DNA of 62,427 nt from an uncultured Anaerolineales bacterium (GCA_964551295.1 CAZKDJ010000001.1:1-62427); one strand, 5' to 3'. Counted from the stretch's first letter, positions 15,582 to 25,500 are shown. The notes: a model not told the origin generated them from the letters alone. Numbers and translations are program-made.

Positions 15582-18010
15582 ACGGCAAATCCAAGCGCTG
15601 GTTCGTCTTAATACTGATCATCTACGGCCTCGCGGCCGTGGTGATGACCTGGCCGGTCTCCGCCCAACTGGGGACGCACCTGCCCGGCGGCGGGGACGAC
15701 GTGTGGGTGCACCAGTGGACGTTCTGGTGGGTCAAGGAATCCATCGTCAAGGGCTACAACCCGCTTTACACCCACCTGCTCTTCCACCCCGAAGGCGTGT
15801 CGCTGGCCACGCACAACTTTGCCTGGCTCAACATCGCCGCCTGGCTGCCCCTGCAAGCAATCATCGGTAGTAACGCCGCCTACAGCCTGCTCTTTATCGC
15901 CACCTTCGCCCTGAACGGCTTTTCGATGTACTTGCTGGCCCGCGAGCTAACCGGCTCACCGCCCGCCGCCTTCGTCGGCGGGTTGATCTATGGTTTCTGG
16001 CCCTACACGCTGTCCCACTACGGCCATCCCAACATGATGCTCACCTGCTGGGTGCCCCTGGCGCTCCGCTACCTGCACCGCACGCTGGAAAGTAAACGCA
16101 CGCGCGACGCACTGCTGGCCGCCCTGTTCCTGGCCCTGACCGGGATCACGCGCTGGCAACTGCTGGTGATGGGGGGCGTAGTGGTTCTCCTCTACCTGGC
16201 CTATCGCTGCCTGGTGGATAGGAAATGTCGAACCTGGCGTATCCCGGGCCTGTTAGCGCTGACGGGGCTCGTCGCCGGCGCGCTGATGGCCCCCCTGGCG
16301 ATCCCCGTGGCCAGCGCCTACCTGACCCAGCCCAGCCCGGAGGATGCCGTCACCGACGAAACCCGCACCGGGCAGACCGACCTGCTGGCCTACGTCCTGC
16401 CCAGCCGCAACCACCCGCTGTGGAGCGACGCGGCGGCGCGGGTCTATGACAATTTCATCGACAACAAGGTCTACGTCGCCTTCGTGGGCTACACGACGCT
16501 GGCCCTGGCCCTGTGGGGAAGCGTGAAACGCTGGAGGCAGGCGCGCTTTTGGCTCCTGGCGGCGGCGGTCTATGTGCTGCTGGCCCTGGGGCCCCAATTG
16601 CGGCTCAACGGGCAGCTCTACCCGCAGGTCCCCATGCCCTATCGGCTGGTGGGCGACCTGTGGTTCGTCCAGATCCTGCGCAAACCCGACCGCTTCAACG
16701 TCTTCCTGGGGCTCCCGCTGGGGATGCTGGCGTCTTGGGGGGTGGCGGCCCTCTTGCCCAAACACCGCAAGTGGAGAGCGGCCTTGCTGGCTGGCGCGCT
16801 GGGCCTGCTGATCCTGCGCGAGTACGCCCTGATGCCCTACCCCATCGCACGTCCCGCCGTACCTGCCTGGTACAACCAGTTGGCGCAGGAACCCGGCGAC
16901 TTTGCCGTGCTCGACCTGCCGATGGACACCCGCTCCTTCGACAAGCACTATGGCTTCTACCAGACTGTCCACGGCAAGCCGCTGGTGGAGGGGCACGTCT
17001 CTCGCCCGCCTCAGAAGGCGTTTGCTTTCCTTGAGGAGAACGAACTTATCAGCGCTTTTACCCAAGAGGAGCAGCTACGCGCCCAGCCCGAGATGACCGT
17101 CAACCTGGAGCCGCTGGCCGAAGCCGACATCGGCTACGTCGTCGTCCACAAGCAGTTCCTGGCTCCCGACCTCACCGCCGATTGGATGTACGCACTAGCC
17201 GCGCGCCCCGTCCACGATGACGCTGAGATAGCCGCGTTCACAACCCGGCCAGAGACCGGCGTGCACTTTGAGGCGGCGCACAACTTTGACGGGCTCGTCC
17301 TGGCCCAGGCCATCGTTGAATCCGGCCCTCCACTCGTGCTCGAAACCCACTGGCAGTCGCCGGAGCGGCAAACCGTCACGATCTCGATGCGGACGGCAGG
17401 CCAAGATGCCGTACCATTCCACACTCAGACGCTGGCGGTGGACGAAGGGTTCTCGGTCGTGCGCGTGCAACTCGCCCCGCCGCTGCCCATGCCGGCGGGC
17501 GAGGTCGAAATCCTGCTCGAGGCCAACGGCGAATCATACGTCCTGCCGCAGCGGCTGTTCCCCACCTCCGAAGGCTGGACCGCCGCCCGGCTCTGGCCCG
17601 ACGTGACTTGGGACGACGCCATCACGCTGCGCTCCGCCGATTGGCACCGACTGGCCAACACCCTCATCGTCGATCTGCAATGGGAGTCGCTTCAGCCCAT
17701 CGAGGCAGATGCCAAATTCTTCGTCCACCTGCTGGAAGACGACGGCGCGCTGGTCGCCCAATACGACGGCATGCCGGGCAACTGGGCTCATCCAACGTCC
17801 ACGTGGGATGCAGGCGAGTGGTTCCGCGACCAGGCCCCGGTCGATCTGCAGGGCGTGCCGGCGGGCAGCTACCGGCTCACCGTCGGCTGGTACTGGCCCG
17901 ACTCCGGCCAGCGCCTACCCGGCGCCGACGCATCGGATACATCACTGCTCGACGGTGTCCTCCCACTGGGTCGCGTGGAGATTCCCGGGGCGCGGGAGGG
18001 ATCACGATGA
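15578..18010 (+). CDS. GT-C family membrane glycosyltransferase with a C-terminal repeat domain
   Basis: GGDDVWVHQWTFWW loop, YTHLLFHPEG.SLA.H, multiple TMs, R.PDRF, FVHLL.DDG..Q.DG.P domain. ATGA overlap. Confidence 0.75.
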   Translation: MNGKSKRWFVLILIIYGLAAVVMTWPVSAQLGTHLPGGGDDVWVHQWTFWWVKESIVKGYNPLYTHLLFHPEGVSLATHNFAWLNIAAWLPLQAIIGSNAAYSLLFIATFALNGFSMYLLARELTGSPPAAFVGGLIYGFWPYTLSHYGHPNMMLTCWVPLALRYLHRTLESKRTRDALLAALFLALTGITRWQLLVMGGVVVLLYLAYRCLVDRKCRTWRIPGLLALTGLVAGALMAPLAIPVASAYLTQPSPEDAVTDETRTGQTDLLAYVLPSRNHPLWSDAAARVYDNFIDNKVYVAFVGYTTLALALWGSVKRWRQARFWLLAAAVYVLLALGPQLRLNGQLYPQVPMPYRLVGDLWFVQILRKPDRFNVFLGLPLGMLASWGVAALLPKHRKWRAALLAGALGLLILREYALMPYPIARPAVPAWYNQLAQEPGDFAVLDLPMDTRSFDKHYGFYQTVHGKPLVEGHVSRPPQKAFAFLEENELISAFTQEEQLRAQPEMTVNLEPLAEADIGYVVVHKQFLAPDLTADWMYALAARPVHDDAEIAAFTTRPETGVHFEAAHNFDGLVLAQAIVESGPPLVLETHWQSPERQTVTISMRTAGQDAVPFHTQTLAVDEGFSVVRVQLAPPLPMPAGEVEILLEANGESYVLPQRLFPTSEGWTAARLWPDVTWDDAITLRSADWHRLANTLIVDLQWESLQPIEADAKFFVHLLEDDGALVAQYDGMPGNWAHPTSTWDAGEWFRDQAPVDLQGVPAGSYRLTVGWYWPDSGQRLPGADASDTSLLDGVLPLGRVEIPGAREGSR

Positions 18011-19914
18011 CCGGGCGCCGTTGGGCAACTATCGTCTACTGGGGGTTGTGGGGGTTAGCCGTGACGCTGTACCTGGCGTGGCCGCTGACCCACCTGCAGG
18101 CCTACGCCTGGAGCAACGACGAAGGGCTGTACGTCCAGCGAGCGGCTTTGGCCAACGCCCGTTACCCTCTGTACTCGGAGACCTTTTTCAACAAACCGCC
18201 CCTCTTTATCTGGATTCTGCAGGCCGCCTTCCGCCTAGCCGGCCCCACCCTGACCGTGGCCCGCCTGACCAGCCTAAGCCTGACCCTGTGTGGGTTCATC
18301 GCCCTGGGAACTATCGCGGGGCGACTCTGGGGCCGCTGGGCGGGACTGACCGCCGCCGCTATCCTCCTGGCTCTGCCGGAGGTGCCCGTCCGCGCCCACG
18401 CGGTGACCAGCGATCTGCCCGCGCTGGCCTTTGCCCTCGCCGCCCTGGGGACGGCCCTGGCTTTTCGCCGCTACGGGCAGCGGGCCTGGGTGGCAATCTC
18501 GGGGGCAGCCTTTGCCGCGACGTTGGCGATCCACCCCATGCTGATGTACACCGGGCTGCCGCTGCTGGCGATCCTGCTTCTTCCGTCCCACTATCTGCCC
18601 GCCGAAGCGAGGCAGCGGGCCAATTGGCGCGACCTGGCCGCGTTCGCCGGCGTGGGGGCTGGACTTGGCCTGATCGTGTTGCTCGCCATCGACCGGGAGG
18701 CGGCCTTCACCTGGATATTCGGATACAACGTCCGCACAGCTTCCGACACCCCCCTGGCCACGTGGGGCGCGAACTGGGTCCAGATGATCGGCTATCTGAG
18801 ACAGCGCTGGACGCTGGTAGCGCTGGCGGCGACGAGCGTGATCCTATTGGCCGTCGAACCGCGCGCCCGCCGTGGATTGGCAGTCGTGGCGACCTGGTTC
18901 CTGGCGACCGCGGTCACGCTCGTGGTATGGTCGCCGGTTTGGGTACACTACCTGCTGTTCCTGACCCTGCCCATGGTCGCCGCCAGCGGCGGAGGACTGG
19001 CCGTCTTGGGAACGTGGGTCGTCGCTGTCTGCCGGGGCAAGCACCGCTTGACGCCCTGGCGCGCGGCGCTGGTCGGGCCGATGCTCGCCGGCGTCATCGC
19101 CATGGCCGTGCACCGCTTCGGTGAGACGATGCCGTACCTCACGGGAGAGCCAGAATGGGCAGAGGACCGGACGGCCGCGCGGGAACTCTTGCGGGCGGCC
19201 GTCCCGCCGGACCGGCTCGTCGCCACCGACGACCCCCTGCTGGCCTTTGCCGCCGGCCGGCTGGTAGCCCCGCCGTTGACAGAAGCGTCGCACAAGCAAA
19301 TTGACTCGGGACTTTTGACCACGGGGAAAGCCATCGAAAGTGTCCTCCGATATCGGACGCCCATCGTCCTGTTCGCCACGGGACGTCTGGAGCGCCTTCC
19401 CAGCTTTGAATCGTGGGTCTCGGCCGTGGCGGCGGGCCGTGACGATCTCGGCCGCCTACGCGCCTATCACCTGCATCACCCGCTTGCGCCTTCCCGTTCC
19501 GTCGAATCGTCCCTGGGCGATGAGATCGCCCTGCGCGGGTACAGCCTCTCACGCGACGAGCTACAGGCCGGAGACACCCTGACCGTCACGCTGTTCTGGG
19601 AACGCACTGGATTGATGGACAACGACTACCACGTATTCGTCCACCTGGCCGACGAGGAAGAGCGTGTCTGGGGCCAGCACGACGGTCAGCCAATCCTGGG
19701 CGCACATCCAACCAGCCAGTGGGCCATGGGCGTGGTGCTCCCCGATCCGCATCCCCTGCAGATCGACCTCCAGGCTCCGGCGGGCACATACGACCTGGTC
19801 GTCGGCATGTACCGGTGGCCATCGCTGGAACGGCTGCCGGCCGCCCGTCCCGAAGGCAATCGTTGGCCTGATGATCGCATTACACTGACAACGCTAGAGG
19901 TCAGCGCCCGCTGA
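18007..19914 (+). CDS. GT39/PMT_2-like membrane glycosyltransferase with a C-terminal repeat domain
   Basis: WSNDEGLY, LYSETFFNKPP, multiple TMs, YHVFVHL.D. The true start is ATG 18007 (ATGA overlap); the track start at 17608 is an over-extension. Confidence 0.8.
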   Translation: MTGRRWATIVYWGLWGLAVTLYLAWPLTHLQAYAWSNDEGLYVQRAALANARYPLYSETFFNKPPLFIWILQAAFRLAGPTLTVARLTSLSLTLCGFIALGTIAGRLWGRWAGLTAAAILLALPEVPVRAHAVTSDLPALAFALAALGTALAFRRYGQRAWVAISGAAFAATLAIHPMLMYTGLPLLAILLLPSHYLPAEARQRANWRDLAAFAGVGAGLGLIVLLAIDREAAFTWIFGYNVRTASDTPLATWGANWVQMIGYLRQRWTLVALAATSVILLAVEPRARRGLAVVATWFLATAVTLVVWSPVWVHYLLFLTLPMVAASGGGLAVLGTWVVAVCRGKHRLTPWRAALVGPMLAGVIAMAVHRFGETMPYLTGEPEWAEDRTAARELLRAAVPPDRLVATDDPLLAFAAGRLVAPPLTEASHKQIDSGLLTTGKAIESVLRYRTPIVLFATGRLERLPSFESWVSAVAAGRDDLGRLRAYHLHHPLAPSRSVESSLGDEIALRGYSLSRDELQAGDTLTVTLFWERTGLMDNDYHVFVHLADEEERVWGQHDGQPILGAHPTSQWAMGVVLPDPHPLQIDLQAPAGTYDLVVGMYRWPSLERLPAARPEGNRWPDDRITLTTLEVSAR

Positions 19915-19939
19915 GGGGCATTGCGCTATCTCGAGATCG

Positions 19940-19948
19940 TGCTATACT
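19940..19948 (+). promoter_or_regulatory. Extended -10 element for the fifth GT-C gene
   Basis: TG-C-TATACT about 48 nt upstream of ATG 19996. Confidence 0.4.
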
Positions 19949-19995
19949 CCGCCGCACGCAAGCGGGTCATCCCACCCAAGACAAGACACTTGCCT

Positions 19996-21969
19996 ATGCA
20001 TTTTGCAGCCCCTTCCCGTCTCCGCATACTGTTGGGCCTAGCCGGCCTCCTGCTGATCACGGCCTGGATCTATGTCCCGGCGCTCAATTTCGGCTTCATC
20101 TGGGACGATCCCCTGTGGTACAGCCGCGTCATCGACAAGACCTTCGCGCAGCTCGTCAGCCCCATGGCCGACTATCACATGTACCGGCCAGCGCTGGTAG
20201 TCTACAACTGCCTCTTTCTGACCCCAGACGACACCTTCGCCGCCCCCATGCTACACGCCGCCCAGATCGGATGGCACTCGCTCAACGTCTGCCTGCTCTA
20301 CACGCTATGCCGTCGCCTGGGCCTGGGAAGCTGGGCGGCCTTTACAGCAAGTCTGCTGTTTGCCTGGCATCCCTTTTCGCACCAAGCGGTCGCCTGGTCC
20401 GCCCCGGCGCAGCCGCTGGCGGGCACCCTACAACTGGGCACGTTTGTGACGTATGTCCGGGCTCGCCGTGGGCGCAAGAGTTCTCTGCCAGTCACCAGCA
20501 TCAGCATCCTGCTGTTCCTCCTCGCCCTTGCGGTGCAGGAGAACTCTGCGGCACTGTGCCTGCTGCCCCTGCTCATCGAGTGGGTACTGCGTCGATCACC
20601 GAGCGCCGACCCGCATCCGAGCGCCCCGGTCTGGCGCAGGATCCCCTGGCTGGCCCTGGCCTACCCCTTTATCGCGGTCGGGTTTGGCGTACTCTGGCTA
20701 CTGATACCGCGCCAATCTGGATTCACAGCCCTGGCTTTTGAGAGAGAGGTGCAACTGTACCTCATCCAGGGCTTTATCTTTCCACTCTTGGGACGACCTG
20801 CCGGCTACGCACCCGGACACACGCCTGCTCCGGCGGCGATCTTGGTCCTGTTTGGCTGTGCCCTCCTCTGGCTGCTGGCAGCCGCCTGGCGCGCGGGGCG
20901 GATCCGTCAGGCCGTGCTGGCACTGGCGTGGAGCCTGTTCGGGATCATCGTGCCCGCCACCCAACTACACGATAGTTACGTCAGCATCGCGTCCCGGCTG
21001 TTCTACCACGCCGGCCCGGGCGTGGCCCTGCTTTGGGCCTGCGCCCTCCTACCGCCGGCGAGCGACTCGACCTCCCGGCGCCTGTGGCGAACGGCAGGGA
21101 TCACAGCACTTTGCCTCATCGCCATACAGAGCGGTTTGCTGCTGGTGGGCTTTCAGCAGGCATACGCCGCCGGCACCGCGCATCTGGCCAAGTTCGTCCA
21201 GTCCACGCGAGATGGAGGAGACCGCCTGCTGTATGTCAATTTTCCCAGCCGCTACACGCTCAAGCGCCCGCCCTACCCCATAGGCCACTGGCGCGTCATC
21301 CTCGCACCGGGATCGGTAGACCTGGGTGCTTTCGCCGCCAGCGCCACCGGCCAGCACCCGCAGACCCTCTCTCGCCACATGCCCTGGATAGACGCAGGTC
21401 CCCGCGGCGCTGGGCCTTATCAGATCGACATGCGCGGCGAGCTGGTGCCTCCCGAGCAACTCTACCAGTTGGCCCACCAAGTAGACGACATCTATCTATC
21501 GCGCTATCACTCCGACGGCACCTTCGAGCTCCAGTGGGCGGGAGCCATCGCCACACCCTCAAACCAAGATTGCCAAATGGCCACCTTCGGGCGGACGCTG
21601 TGCCTCCAAGACGCCCAGGTCGAGCGGCAGCCGGACCGATTAAGCGTCACCCTGACCTGGCGCGGCCTCTCGCCCGTCCGGCCTCACGACACCGTCTTCG
21701 TCCACCTGGGCCAACCCGGTCAAGCACCCATCGCCCAGACCGACGGCGACTTTTGGCTGGGCATGCTTCCGTTGCCCAACCTGGCACCAGGAGACACCAT
21801 CCGGGAGCAGCGTCCTGTCCCGCTGCCTGAAGAAATGCCTCCAGATCAACACGAGATCAGGATCGGCGTGTACAACCGTCTCACCGGCGAGCGCTTACCC
21901 GCCGCGACGCCCCAAGGCTCCCGGCTGCCCGACGACGCGGTTACCATCCACTTCGATCAGTCTCACTGA
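19996..21969 (+). CDS. GT-C-like membrane protein (TMTC-type N-terminus) with a C-terminal repeat domain
   Basis: FGFIWDD, YRP and H...L.FA.HP...AV.W motifs; about 11 TMs; TVFVHL..PG..Q.DG domain. Confidence 0.7.
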   Translation: MHFAAPSRLRILLGLAGLLLITAWIYVPALNFGFIWDDPLWYSRVIDKTFAQLVSPMADYHMYRPALVVYNCLFLTPDDTFAAPMLHAAQIGWHSLNVCLLYTLCRRLGLGSWAAFTASLLFAWHPFSHQAVAWSAPAQPLAGTLQLGTFVTYVRARRGRKSSLPVTSISILLFLLALAVQENSAALCLLPLLIEWVLRRSPSADPHPSAPVWRRIPWLALAYPFIAVGFGVLWLLIPRQSGFTALAFEREVQLYLIQGFIFPLLGRPAGYAPGHTPAPAAILVLFGCALLWLLAAAWRAGRIRQAVLALAWSLFGIIVPATQLHDSYVSIASRLFYHAGPGVALLWACALLPPASDSTSRRLWRTAGITALCLIAIQSGLLLVGFQQAYAAGTAHLAKFVQSTRDGGDRLLYVNFPSRYTLKRPPYPIGHWRVILAPGSVDLGAFAASATGQHPQTLSRHMPWIDAGPRGAGPYQIDMRGELVPPEQLYQLAHQVDDIYLSRYHSDGTFELQWAGAIATPSNQDCQMATFGRTLCLQDAQVERQPDRLSVTLTWRGLSPVRPHDTVFVHLGQPGQAPIAQTDGDFWLGMLPLPNLAPGDTIREQRPVPLPEEMPPDQHEIRIGVYNRLTGERLPAATPQGSRLPDDAVTIHFDQSH

Positions 21970-22054
21970 CCTCTTCGCGAGGCCAACGGAACTCGCCGTC
22001 CGGCACTGTGCAACTCTCGTGATCCATTCCCCGTAATCATCACAGGAACTCGCA

Positions 22055-22095
22055 CATTCGCGTCATTCGTGATAAAATCCTTACGAATCACGAAT
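22055..22095. repeat. Intergenic palindromic element
   Basis: ATTCGTGAT (22065-22073) / ATCACGAAT (22087-22095) perfect inverted repeat, with extra ATTCG / CGAAT sub-units. Confidence 0.6.
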
Positions 22096-22123
22096 TCACC
22101 AAGCCAGCGACAGGAGCCAACCG

Positions 22124-23419
22124 ATGAGCGAAAACAGATCACGGTCCACTCTCTGGCCGCCCCCGCCGGACTTTGCGCCCATCCCCTCGCAAGTCGAAGG
22201 CATCGAGCTCTACGCGCCTGCACCGAAGGAGGAGGTCGAGGAGACCCGTACCTTCAAGTGCCGCCAGTGCGGTGGCACCATCTCTTACAGCGCCACGCAG
22301 CGCCAACTGACCTGCCCCTACTGCGGCAGCGAGCAGCAGATCGACGCCGAGGCGGTGGGGCGCAGGGCGGACGAGTTCGAGTTCACTTTGGAGACGATAG
22401 AACAGGCGCGCCACGGCTGGGGCGAGGCACGGCGGGAGCTGGTGTGCGAGTCATGCGGCTCGGTCGTCGCCGTCGCACCGGATATATTGACCAGCACCTG
22501 CGCCTTTTGTGGCTCCAACCACGTCCTGGCCCGCGATGCCTCCGGGGACGTGCTACGCCCCACGACGCTGATTCCCTTCGCCGTCGACGAGGCGCAGGTC
22601 CAGGCCAAGGTGCGGGCCTGGCTGGGCCGCGGCTGGATGCATCCTCCCCAACTGCGCAACGTGAGCGCGCTGAAGAAACTGGCCGGCGTCTATCTGCCGT
22701 TCTGGACGTTTGACACCCACGTCAGCGCCGCCTGGAAAGCCGAAGTCGGCACCAGGGAAACCGAGCGCTATTTTAGCGACGGCGAGTGGAAGACGCGCAC
22801 CGTCATCAAGTGGCATTGGAGATCGGGCCGCGTGCACGTGCCCATAGACGACTACCTGGTGCCCGGCACGAGCAAGATTAGCCGCGTCATCCTGAGCAAA
22901 ATCGAGCCTTTCAACCTGGGCGGGTTGGTGGAATATGACCCCGGTTACCTGGCCGGCTGGCAAGCCAAGCTGTACGACGTGCAGCTTCCGCAGGCGTGGG
23001 AGATCGCCAAGGCAGGCATCCGCGCCAAGACCAAGAACGCTTGCCACGACGACACCGGCTCCTCCCACGCGCGCAACATGCGGATGACGGTCGATTTCGG
23101 CGACGAACGCTGGCGCTACATCCTGCTGCCCGTCTATCTGGCCTCCTATCCCTTCAGCAAGCGCACCTTCCAGGTGATGGTCAACGGCCAGACGGGCAAG
23201 GTGGCCGGACAAAAGCCAATCGCCTGGCTGCGGATTTGGCTGGCCATCGCAGCGCTGCTGATGCCGGGCGCGTGCCTGGGATTAGCCGGGCTGCTGTTGG
23301 CGATAGCACTGCCTCCCGCCGGCATCGTGGGACTGGCGATCGGCTTTATCCTGCTGATCGCCGGCTTCATCGGGTCGATCATCACCTTCCAAAAGGCCCG
23401 CACATCAGAAGAAGTGTAG
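22124..23419 (+). CDS. Double zinc-ribbon membrane protein of unknown function
   Basis: CRQCGG, CPYCGS, CESCGS, CAFCGS; YLPFW.FD; ILLPVY and VNGQTGKV.G motifs; C-terminal TM hairpin. Confidence 0.75.
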   Translation: MSENRSRSTLWPPPPDFAPIPSQVEGIELYAPAPKEEVEETRTFKCRQCGGTISYSATQRQLTCPYCGSEQQIDAEAVGRRADEFEFTLETIEQARHGWGEARRELVCESCGSVVAVAPDILTSTCAFCGSNHVLARDASGDVLRPTTLIPFAVDEAQVQAKVRAWLGRGWMHPPQLRNVSALKKLAGVYLPFWTFDTHVSAAWKAEVGTRETERYFSDGEWKTRTVIKWHWRSGRVHVPIDDYLVPGTSKISRVILSKIEPFNLGGLVEYDPGYLAGWQAKLYDVQLPQAWEIAKAGIRAKTKNACHDDTGSSHARNMRMTVDFGDERWRYILLPVYLASYPFSKRTFQVMVNGQTGKVAGQKPIAWLRIWLAIAALLMPGACLGLAGLLLAIALPPAGIVGLAIGFILLIAGFIGSIITFQKARTSEEV

Positions 23420-23480
23420 GCGCGATTGAAAATCGCACACGGTTTGTCATCCTGTGGGACAAGATGGCATCTTGTCCTAC
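23416..23480. repeat. Convergent pair of GTAG-tagged REP-like hairpins
   Basis: Plus: GTAG-GC-GCGATT-GAA-AATCGC (23416-23436). Minus: GTAGGACAAGATG-C-CATCTTGTCCCAC (23480-23454). Confidence 0.7.
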
Positions 23481-23504
23481 ACGATACAAGACACGGAGAC
23501 TGAG

Positions 23505-24602
23505 ATGCAGGACTCAACACAAGAACAACTCGAAACCGACGTAGCAGCGATATGGGGCACGCCGCTAACAGCGGTACGCTGCGCCCATTGTGGGGAGGCG
23601 CACCTGGTCAAGGACGTTCCGCCGCGTTGCCCCTTCTGCCTGGAGGGGCCGGTCGAGTCGCAGCCCGCCTTCCTGCCGGAGGAACCGCCGGAACAGGTCG
23701 TGGACTATCAGGTTTCCGGGGCCGGGCTTCGCGCCGCGCTGGAGCGCTGGTCGAAAGGTGTCTGGTTTCGTCCCAGCGATATGCAGGCCGACGGCATGGC
23801 GCAACGCGCGCAACGCTACTTGATCCCCCTGTGGCTGGTGGATGGACAGGTGCAGGCCACCTGGCGGGCCGACGTGGGTTTTGACTACCAGGTAGTGAGT
23901 TCCCAGGACCGCTACCGCGATGGCGCCGGGTGGAGATCGCAGGAGGTGAAAGAGACGCGCGTGCGCTGGGAGCCGCGCGTGGGCCGCCTGGAGCGAGAGT
24001 ACGAGAACCTCCCCGCCCCCGCCCTCGACGATCACCACAAGCTGATGGGCCGCCTGGGCGAGTACAACCTCAGCCGACGCAGCGCCTACACTCCCGACAT
24101 CGTGGCCGACGCCGACGGTGGCGCCGTGCGCGTCCCCACCCTGGAGCCGGAGGCCGCTTGGCCCGGCGCACAGACCGCTTTCGTGCGCGCCGCCCAGGCC
24201 GAGTGCCAGGAAGCCGCCGCGGCCGACCACGTGCGCGACTTCACGGTCGACGCCCAGTACAGCGGCTTGAATTGGACACTGCTCCTGCTACCCGCCTATG
24301 TCACCTGGTACGAGGAAGGCGGACGGGTCTGGCCCGTGCTGGTCAACGGGCAGATCGGGCACGTGAGCGGCGCGCGGTGGGCCTCGGCGCGCAAGGCCAA
24401 GGTAGCATCGTTCGTCATCGGCGCGGTGGCCCTGCTCCTGATCCTGCTGGGCGGCCTGCTGTCGGTAGCCGGGCTGCTCTTTCCACCGTTGATCGCCGTC
24501 GGCGGCGTCATCCTGCTCGTGGGCGTGCTGCCCGCGCTGGCCGCCCCCATCCCCGTCATCGCCGCGTGGGCGTACAACCGAGGGTCGGAGCAAGAGACCT
24601 GA
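23505..24602 (+). CDS. Zinc-ribbon membrane protein, paralogue of 22124-23419
   Basis: CAHCG, CPFC, YLIPLWLVD, LLLLPAYV..Y, VLVNGQ.G.V.G and a C-terminal TM pair. SD GGAG before ATG 23505. Confidence 0.75.
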   Translation: MQDSTQEQLETDVAAIWGTPLTAVRCAHCGEAHLVKDVPPRCPFCLEGPVESQPAFLPEEPPEQVVDYQVSGAGLRAALERWSKGVWFRPSDMQADGMAQRAQRYLIPLWLVDGQVQATWRADVGFDYQVVSSQDRYRDGAGWRSQEVKETRVRWEPRVGRLEREYENLPAPALDDHHKLMGRLGEYNLSRRSAYTPDIVADADGGAVRVPTLEPEAAWPGAQTAFVRAAQAECQEAAAADHVRDFTVDAQYSGLNWTLLLLPAYVTWYEEGGRVWPVLVNGQIGHVSGARWASARKAKVASFVIGAVALLLILLGGLLSVAGLLFPPLIAVGGVILLVGVLPALAAPIPVIAAWAYNRGSEQET

Positions 24603-24663
24603 CGCCTTGTAGTGCCAGGGCACGCAAACACTTGTCGGGCAGAGCACACTGCAAGATATAATT

Positions 24664-25500
24664 ATGAAGTACTACGAACACTACGAAGACGTCTACGAAG
24701 CAGCATTGGCTGCCGGCGTGGATAGGTACAATAACCCACTCGAAGGGGATTTCGATGATCTATTCATACGCTCCTTGTTGCCGCCAAGTGGCCAAGTGCT
24801 AGACCTGGGGTGCGGGGAGGGCCTGTACTCTCTGTCGTTTGCGGCTGCGGGCTACAAGGTGATAGGTGTCGACATCTCCTCGTCCGCGGTGGAGTGGGCA
24901 CGACAGCGTGCCACGGAACAAGGAATGACCAACGCTCACTTTAGGGTTGGTGACGTCACGGCGCTGGACGATTTCGCTAATGAGCAGTTCGATGCAGTCC
25001 TGAGCGTGCATTGTTACCATTGTCTTTCGGATGCCGGCGACCGAGTCGCCCATCTACGGGAAGCTTGGCGCGTGCTCAAGTCAGGGGGAGTTTTCGTGTT
25101 TGACAATATGGCAGCTCCGTGCGAAGAGGATATGTCACAATTCCAGACTTGGCATACCGAGAGAGGCGGGCAGGTAGAAGAAGAGGAGACCGGAGTGACC
25201 ACGACGATAGAGGCCACGCCGCCTTTTTCCACCCATCGGCTAGCCAGGTCAGAGCCAGTCGAGTTCGAGATCGCCACCGCGGTGGCGATGGCCCACCGAT
25301 TCTACAGCAGGCTGGAGCACGTTCTTGATCAACTGAACGAAATCGGATTTGAGATTCTAGTGGCCGAGGAGCGAGCGCCCGACCCATCACGCATTTCCGA
25401 GATAAAGTTCGTGCACGGTGATAACGTCATCTATGCCAGAAAACAAATACAGCCAGTACGTCGCTCCACACACGCCTCAGACGAAAGCACCGGAGCTTGA
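24664..25500 (+). CDS. Class I SAM-dependent methyltransferase
   Basis: VLDLGCGEG, IGVDIS, FRVGDV, FDAVLS..CYHCL, VLKSGG. Confidence 0.88.
   Translation: MKYYEHYEDVYEAALAAGVDRYNNPLEGDFDDLFIRSLLPPSGQVLDLGCGEGLYSLSFAAAGYKVIGVDISSSAVEWARQRATEQGMTNAHFRVGDVTALDDFANEQFDAVLSVHCYHCLSDAGDRVAHLREAWRVLKSGGVFVFDNMAAPCEEDMSQFQTWHTERGGQVEEEETGVTTTIEATPPFSTHRLARSEPVEFEIATAVAMAHRFYSRLEHVLDQLNEIGFEILVAEERAPDPSRISEIKFVHGDNVIYARKQIQPVRRSTHASDESTGA

Noticed and set aside
22124-24602. Primosomal protein N'/PriA helicase label for the Zn-ribbon proteins
   Set aside because: No Walker or helicase motifs; only the CxxC pairs resemble PriA, and both proteins end in TM helices.
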